From assembly GCA_964440305.1 (NCBI GenBank), contig CAYTRS010000001.1, forward strand, positions 1-58,025: a stretch of DNA of 58,025 nucleotides. The letters are read 5' to 3'. The stretch's first letter is position 1; the number at the start of each line of letters is the position of its first letter. The notes beneath the pieces are model-generated. The model had not been told where the DNA came from, ran no database searches, and worked only from the letters and a program-made list of their open reading frames with translations. This document shows positions 52,992 through 58,025 of this stretch, piece by piece. Position numbers and translations under genes: made by a program. Source of the stretch: an uncultured Bdellovibrionales bacterium (GTDB lineage Bacteria > Patescibacteriota > Minisyncoccia > Moranbacterales > JAKLHP01).

Positions 52992-53200
52992 AATAATCCA
53001 ACGGGTATTATATATAGAAGTACCCGTAAAAGGGGAAGTTTTTGGCATTCTGTTAAAATTATTAATTTTTGAATTTTTAATTTTATAAATAAATTTAGAT
53101 TCTTAAATTTTTAAACATTAGGAAATTATTTTCCACCAAAGGCGAATCAGCCGAAGAGGCTGAAAAAATTATAAAATTGGAAATTTAAAATTTTCTTCAT

Positions 53201-56053
53201 ATGCTTGATAAAATAATCATCAGAGGAGCAAGGGAGCACAACCTCAAAAGTATAAATTTAGACCTTCCGAAGAACAAATTCATTGTTTTTACTGGAGTTT
53301 CGGGATCCGGCAAATCCACGCTGGCTTTTGATACTATTTTTGCCGAAGGCCAGAGAAGGTATTTGGAAAGCCTTTCTGCCTATGCCCGGCAGTTTTTGGG
53401 GCAGATGGAAAAGCCGGATGTGGATCATATTGAAGGATTGAGTCCCGCAATTTCAATCAGTCAGAAGTCGGCATCGCACAATCCTCGTTCCACAGTCGGA
53501 ACAGTTACGGAGATCCATGATTATTTGAGGCTTATTTACGCAAAAATAGGAATACCGCATTGCCCGGTCTGCAGCAGAGAAATTTCTAAAATGTCGACTG
53601 ATGAAATTGTGGAAAGAATGTTTGATGTTGGAGAAGACAAAGAAATTGAAATTTTAAGTCCTGCTATCCGTGACCGCAAGGGAGAATATGCCACTCTTCT
53701 TTTTGATTTATACAAAAGAGGGTTTTCTGGAGCTTATGTCGATGGAAAAAAATACGAACTTGATCCTAAAATTAAAATTAAGCTGGAAAGATATAAAAAA
53801 CATTCCATAGATGTGATAGTTGATGAACTTAAGGCAAATGATGGCAATCTTACCCGTATTTTTGAAAGCGTGGAGAAAGCGCTGAAGCTGTCGGGAGGAT
53901 TTGTAAAGCTAAGAGAGAAAAGCGTAAAGTCTAAAACCAAGAAAGATTATGTTTTTAACCAAAACATATCTTGTCCAGTTCATGAAGAAGTGAGCTTTCC
54001 GGAACTTGAACCCAGACTTTTTTCATTTAACAGCCCGTACGGAGCCTGTCCTTCTTGCGAGGGATTGGGAGTAAAAAAAGAAATTGATCCAAACCTTGTC
54101 GCACCGGACAGAAACAAGACTATTGCCGAAGGCGCAATAATGCCCTGGAGCTACAAGCGGAATAATTATCAAGGAACGATTTTGCGGGCAGTTACTAATT
54201 TTTATCATATTCCGGACAATGTGCGCTTGAGAGATTTATCCGAAGAAGATCTTAAAATTATTATAGAGGGAGAAGAAATTCCGGACGATATTCCGGTGGC
54301 TTTTCATACCAAGTCCGGGAGAACGTGGAAATTCAATGTCAATTGGAAGGGAATAGTCGGTTTTTTGCAGGATCGCTATTTCAAAACCGAATCGGAAGCG
54401 GTGAGGGAAGACATTGAAAAATATATGTCAAACACCCCTTGCTCTTTCTGCAAAGGAACAAGGTATAAAAAGGAAGTTTTGTTTGTGAAAATCGGAGGAA
54501 AAAATATTGCTGAAGTTTCCAATTTGAGCATCGCAGAAGCTCTTGATTATTTCAATAATCTTTCTTTGAATGAAAGGGAAAAGGCGATTGCGCAAAGAAT
54601 TTTGGAGGAAGTGAAAAACAGACTGAGCTTTTTAGTCGGAGTCGGACTGGATTATCTGACCTTGGGGAGATCGGCCAGTTCGCTGGCCGGAGGGGAAACT
54701 CAGAGAATCAGGCTGGCTTCACAGATCGGATCAAAGCTTACCGGAGTGCTTTATGTTTTGGATGAGCCTTCCATCGGACTTCATAGCCGGGATAATGAAA
54801 AACTTCTCAACACCCTGGAATTTTTGAGGGATTTGGGCAATACCCTGATAGTAATAGAACATGATGAAGAAACAATGAAAAGAAGTGATTTTCTAGTAGA
54901 TATCGGTCCTGGTGCAGGTAAATTGGGAGGGGAAATAGTGGCACAGGGGACTCCGGAAGAATTGATAAAGAGCGAAAACTCCCTTACGGCGAAATATCTG
55001 CGGGGGGATTTGGAGATTCCAATTCCGAAAAGCAGGCGCCCGGTGAAAAACAAAAAATCAATTATTGTCCGAGGAGCCGGAGAACACAATCTTAAAAATA
55101 TTTCCGTGGAATTTCCTTTGAAAGTGCTGACCTGTGTTACCGGAGTTTCGGGATCCGGGAAATCCACCTTAGTGGAAGAAATTCTCTACCGGGCTCTTTC
55201 CGCCAAGATTATGCGCTCCATCCAAAATCCTGGCAGGCACAAAGAAATTGTAGGCGAACAAAATGTTGACAAGGTGATTTTAATTGATCAGTCGCCGATC
55301 GGCCGCACTCCGCGTTCCAATCCGGCGACTTATACAGGGCTTTTTACTCCAATTAGGGATCTTTTTGAAAAAACTTCGGAAGCGCGAGTCCGCGGATATT
55401 CCGCTTCGCGCTTTTCCTTCAATTTGTCCGGCGGAAGGTGCGACAATTGCAAAGGAGAGGGATTTTTAAAAGTAGAAATGCAATTTATGCCGGATCTTTA
55501 TCTTCCTTGTGATGTCTGCAAGGGAAAAAGATATAACAGCGAAACGCTGAAAGTTTTATATAAAGGCAAAAATATTTCCGATGTTTTGAAAATGACTGTT
55601 TCGGAGGCAGAAGATTTTTTCAGGAACCTGCCTGAGGTTCATGGGAAGCTGAAGGTGCTGGAAGAAGTCGGACTCGGATATATCCAGTTGGGACAGAGCG
55701 CAACTACTCTTTCCGGGGGAGAAGCGCAAAGGATCAAATTGGCTTCTGAGCTTTCCCGGCGGGGAACCGGAAATACTATTTATATTTTAGATGAGCCGAC
55801 GACTGGACTGCATTTCGATGACATCAATAAACTTTTGCATATTCTTAATAGGCTAGTTGATGCGGGAAATACGGTAATTGTCATTGAGCACAATATGGAT
55901 GTAATCAAAACTGCGGACTGGATCATCGACCTAGGCCCGGAAGGCGGAGAAAGAGGGGGAAAAGTGATAGTGACTGGTCCGCCGGAGGAAGTGGCGAAAT
56001 ATGCCAAAGAAAGCTATACAGCAAAGTTTTTAAAAAAAGCGCTTAAAAAATAA
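53201..56053 (+). CDS. uvrA: Excinuclease ABC subunit A
   Basis: GAREHNLK (twice), two Walker A sites GVSGSGKST, zinc modules CPVC/CPSC..C.G and CxxCxG, LSGGE signatures, and YILDEPTTGLH. Confidence 0.95.
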   Translation: MLDKIIIRGAREHNLKSINLDLPKNKFIVFTGVSGSGKSTLAFDTIFAEGQRRYLESLSAYARQFLGQMEKPDVDHIEGLSPAISISQKSASHNPRSTVGTVTEIHDYLRLIYAKIGIPHCPVCSREISKMSTDEIVERMFDVGEDKEIEILSPAIRDRKGEYATLLFDLYKRGFSGAYVDGKKYELDPKIKIKLERYKKHSIDVIVDELKANDGNLTRIFESVEKALKLSGGFVKLREKSVKSKTKKDYVFNQNISCPVHEEVSFPELEPRLFSFNSPYGACPSCEGLGVKKEIDPNLVAPDRNKTIAEGAIMPWSYKRNNYQGTILRAVTNFYHIPDNVRLRDLSEEDLKIIIEGEEIPDDIPVAFHTKSGRTWKFNVNWKGIVGFLQDRYFKTESEAVREDIEKYMSNTPCSFCKGTRYKKEVLFVKIGGKNIAEVSNLSIAEALDYFNNLSLNEREKAIAQRILEEVKNRLSFLVGVGLDYLTLGRSASSLAGGETQRIRLASQIGSKLTGVLYVLDEPSIGLHSRDNEKLLNTLEFLRDLGNTLIVIEHDEETMKRSDFLVDIGPGAGKLGGEIVAQGTPEELIKSENSLTAKYLRGDLEIPIPKSRRPVKNKKSIIVRGAGEHNLKNISVEFPLKVLTCVTGVSGSGKSTLVEEILYRALSAKIMRSIQNPGRHKEIVGEQNVDKVILIDQSPIGRTPRSNPATYTGLFTPIRDLFEKTSEARVRGYSASRFSFNLSGGRCDNCKGEGFLKVEMQFMPDLYLPCDVCKGKRYNSETLKVLYKGKNISDVLKMTVSEAEDFFRNLPEVHGKLKVLEEVGLGYIQLGQSATTLSGGEAQRIKLASELSRRGTGNTIYILDEPTTGLHFDDINKLLHILNRLVDAGNTVIVIEHNMDVIKTADWIIDLGPEGGERGGKVIVTGPPEEVAKYAKESYTAKFLKKALKK

Positions 56054-56745
56054 TGCCATATTTTACGAGCCGAAAGGTATTAATTTACATGGGAAAAATA
56101 ATATTATCAGTCGTAGCCATAACTATTATTGTTTTATTTTTTTGGAGGAATTTTGATCGGCAAAGCAATCCTGAATCTTTTTTGAGCTTTCAAGTTGAAA
56201 AAAAATTTGAAAATCCGACAGAAAAAATTGAAAAAAACAAAGAATTCAAAAGCCCTCTTTCTAGAATGAGCGAAAGAGTAATAAAAAAAGGATTTGGAAT
56301 TTTTGTTTCTCCTTCAAATTCTCCCGTTAGTCCGGAAAAATTTCGCGGATATCATACCGCAATTGACGCAGAGGTTTTTCCTGAAGAACTCGACAAAGAA
56401 GTGCAAATTTACGCTGTTTGTGCGGGAGAGATAGTTTCAAAAAGGTCAGCCAGTGGATACGGAGGAATAATAATTGAAAAATGCGATTTGGAAGGAACTC
56501 CCATAACAGTTGTCTATGGTCACCTGAAGCTTTCAAGCGTTTCCGCGAAAGCAGGCGAAAGCATAAACGCAGGAGATGTTCTGGGATTTTTGGGGGAAGA
56601 GTATAGTGCAGAAACCGGGGGAGAGCGCAAGCACCTGCATCTGGGATTCCATAAGGGAGAAGAGATTGATATCAGAGGCTATGTTAGTTTTCCGATGGAA
56701 CTTCAAAGATGGATAGATCCATGTCTTTATGTCTGCCAGGACTAA
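56053..56745 (+). CDS. M23-family (LytM-type) metallopeptidase, membrane-anchored
   Basis: HxxxD (YHTAIDA) and HLHLGFHKG motifs with an N-terminal TM. TAATG overlap with the uvrA stop. An alternative start is at M13. Confidence 0.75.
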   Translation: MPYFTSRKVLIYMGKIILSVVAITIIVLFFWRNFDRQSNPESFLSFQVEKKFENPTEKIEKNKEFKSPLSRMSERVIKKGFGIFVSPSNSPVSPEKFRGYHTAIDAEVFPEELDKEVQIYAVCAGEIVSKRSASGYGGIIIEKCDLEGTPITVVYGHLKLSSVSAKAGESINAGDVLGFLGEEYSAETGGERKHLHLGFHKGEEIDIRGYVSFPMELQRWIDPCLYVCQD

Positions 56746-56771
56746 TCGTGCTATAATGGAAAAAACAGTCA

Positions 56772-57350
56772 ATGGGAAAAAGTAAAAAAATATACTCTTA
56801 CAAAAAAGTAAAGTTACCATCGGTAAAAAACACGCTGCTTGTTTTTTTGTTTTTGTTTTTAGCGATTTTCGGGATCATTATTTTTATTTTGGGAGAAAGA
56901 ATAAAAAATGAAAAACCGCCTGAAAATTTACCTACAGTGATGGAAATAAAAATTAAAGCGATGGTTTCAGGCCACCCGATTGAAAAAATGGTTCCGACCA
57001 TTGCAAGCCAGCAGTCAAATGTTGCCGCGTTTTTGGTGGCCATTGCCAAAAAGGAAAGTAACTGGGGAAAAAACTCTCCCCAGAAAGACGGAAAAGAGTG
57101 TTATAACTACTGGGGTTATCGCGGAGAATATAACCAAACAGATTCCGGGTATAGCTGCTTTGATTCTCCGGAGCAGGCTGTTTCTGAGGTGGGTGGAAGA
57201 ATTAGGGAGCTGGTGATGCAAAAAGTGGATACTCCCAGGGAAATGGTTTATCCCTGGAAATGCGGTTGGGACTGTTCCGGCCATAGCCCGGAAAGCGTCA
57301 GCAAGTGGGTGCGTGATGTAGCATATTATTACGGAAAGCTCAAAAAATAA
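56772..57350 (+). CDS. Membrane-anchored protein with 4-Cys 'KKESNWG/CYNYWGY/WKCG' domain (paralog 3)
   Basis: TM LLVFLFLFLAIFGIIIFILG. C-domain SGHPIEKMVPTI...IAKKESNWGKNSPQKDGKECYNYWGYRG...SCF...WKCGWDCSGH...KWVRDVAYYY. Confidence 0.6.
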   Translation: MGKSKKIYSYKKVKLPSVKNTLLVFLFLFLAIFGIIIFILGERIKNEKPPENLPTVMEIKIKAMVSGHPIEKMVPTIASQQSNVAAFLVAIAKKESNWGKNSPQKDGKECYNYWGYRGEYNQTDSGYSCFDSPEQAVSEVGGRIRELVMQKVDTPREMVYPWKCGWDCSGHSPESVSKWVRDVAYYYGKLKK

Positions 57351-57482
57351 GCTTGAATTAGCTTCAAAAAAATCGTTGACAATAAAAAGTACTAAATTTT
57401 TAAGTTGGCTTCTTGAGTATTATTCAAATCTTCAACGAACTATTCTATTCTCAATATCGTTTTTGAAAAGCTTGTGTTTTAC

Positions 57483-57519
57483 AAAAACAAGGCTCTATTA
57501 GGAGCCCTGTTTATTTTTT
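57483..57519. terminator. Putative bidirectional terminator between convergent genes
   Basis: aaaaacaaggctc-tattag-gagccctgttt (one mismatch), flanked by an A-run and a T-run. Confidence 0.45.
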
Positions 57520-58025
57520 AAGGGTGCCAAGGCCTTTTAGGTTCCATAATGTAATGCCACATCATTTGATACCATAGTTTGTATCCCTCGCTGCTGGGAT
57601 GAATTTTATCCGAAGCAAAGTACCTTTTTGGCTGTTTCCGGAAAGGATCAAATTTTTCTTCGGTAAAAAGATCTATATAAACAATACCCTTTTCTTTTGC
57701 TGTAGAAACAAAAACTTTTCGGATAGTTTCCGCCCGTCTTCGCAAAAACAAACGTAGGAGAAGAGGAAAAAATGGTGCTGAGCCCATATTTCGATAGAGG
57801 AGTAGGAGGACATGGTCATTAGACATTTCCTTGGCAATGTCAATAATTTTTTCAAGGTCCGAGCGCAGTTTTGCAGTAAAGCTCAAGTGCCAGACATCAT
57901 TACCTCCGATGCTTATAATAATCAAATCATAACGCTTGTTTCTAATCTTGTTGATAATAGGAATAAGATTTCTAGTGCGATAACCATCTTGAGCTAGATT
58001 TTCTATTGCTACAAAAGGGAGATCT
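57518..58025 (-). CDS. SGNH/GDSL-family hydrolase (5' end outside window)
   Basis: Frame stays open to the window edge: ...NLAQDGYRTRNL (block II), IIISIGGNDV (block III GxND), and DKIHPSSEGY (block V DxxH). Confidence 0.7.
   Translation of the reverse strand, partial: DLPFVAIENLAQDGYRTRNLIPIINKIRNKRYDLIIISIGGNDVWHLSFTAKLRSDLEKIIDIAKEMSNDHVLLLLYRNMGSAPFFPLLLRLFLRRRAETIRKVFVSTAKEKGIVYIDLFTEEKFDPFRKQPKRYFASDKIHPSSEGYKLWYQMMWHYIMEPKRPWHP

Noticed and set aside
53143-53165. The hairpin cagcc-gaaga-ggctg upstream of uvrA as a terminator.
   Set aside because: It is followed by an A-run on the plus strand and preceded by the T-run on the minus strand, so it is correctly oriented as an intrinsic terminator on neither strand.
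57376-57519. A TTGACA box at ~57376 plus the 57483 terminator as a possible ~110-nt sRNA.
   Set aside because: No convincing -10 element lies at proper spacing, and the intervening sequence has no stable conserved-looking structure. There is too little evidence.

Overview
This 58-kb, AT-rich segment is almost fully coding. It looks like a chromosome piece from a small-genome, monoderm bacterium. My inference is Patescibacteria/CPR, based on: VirB2-like 'T4SS pilin' paralogs with Cys-rich heads, a PrgI-VirB4 module, a Gmad2/GerMN protein, many peptidoglycan remodelers, and almost no Shine-Dalgarno sequences.

Recognisable housekeeping genes:
- dksA-like and lspA.
- The rpmH-rnpA-yidC-jag block on the minus strand. 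rpmH is missing from the ORF track; I found it at 14030-14164.
- tRNA-Ser(CGA), rsmA, pcrA, lgt, dnaG, rpoD, ftsK, a rodZ-like gene and recA.
- rpsF-ssb-rpsR, efp, uvrB and uvrA.

Accessory content:
1. A surface-protein operon at 1721-6655: a 913-aa Cys-rich protein, a pilin-lytic transglycosylase fusion, and a PD40 propeller.
2. A glycan-assembly cluster at 6635-12239: flippase, 2x GT2, and 2x Wzy_C/O-antigen-ligase-like.
3. An orphan two-gene operon at 14574-16421. It has a textbook promoter, strong SDs and a terminator, and sits between rpmH and tRNA-Ser.
4. A minimal T4SS-like module at 19031-23856: tandem pilin, PrgI/VirB3-like, a VirB4-N-domain-like protein, a VirB4 ATPase and a membrane protein. 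A frameshifted comM follows it.
5. Three paralogs of an uncharacterised, membrane-anchored, 4-Cys 'KKESNWG...CYNYWGY...WKCG' domain.
6. A small glycoside-hydrolase island.

The non-coding DNA is unusual. A composite intergenic element recurs at least 4 times, CATTCG-word hairpins abut start codons, and several other spacers each carry their own short 'word' repeats. No CRISPR array, rRNA, transposase or integrase was seen. All functional calls come from reading motifs by eye; no database search was possible.
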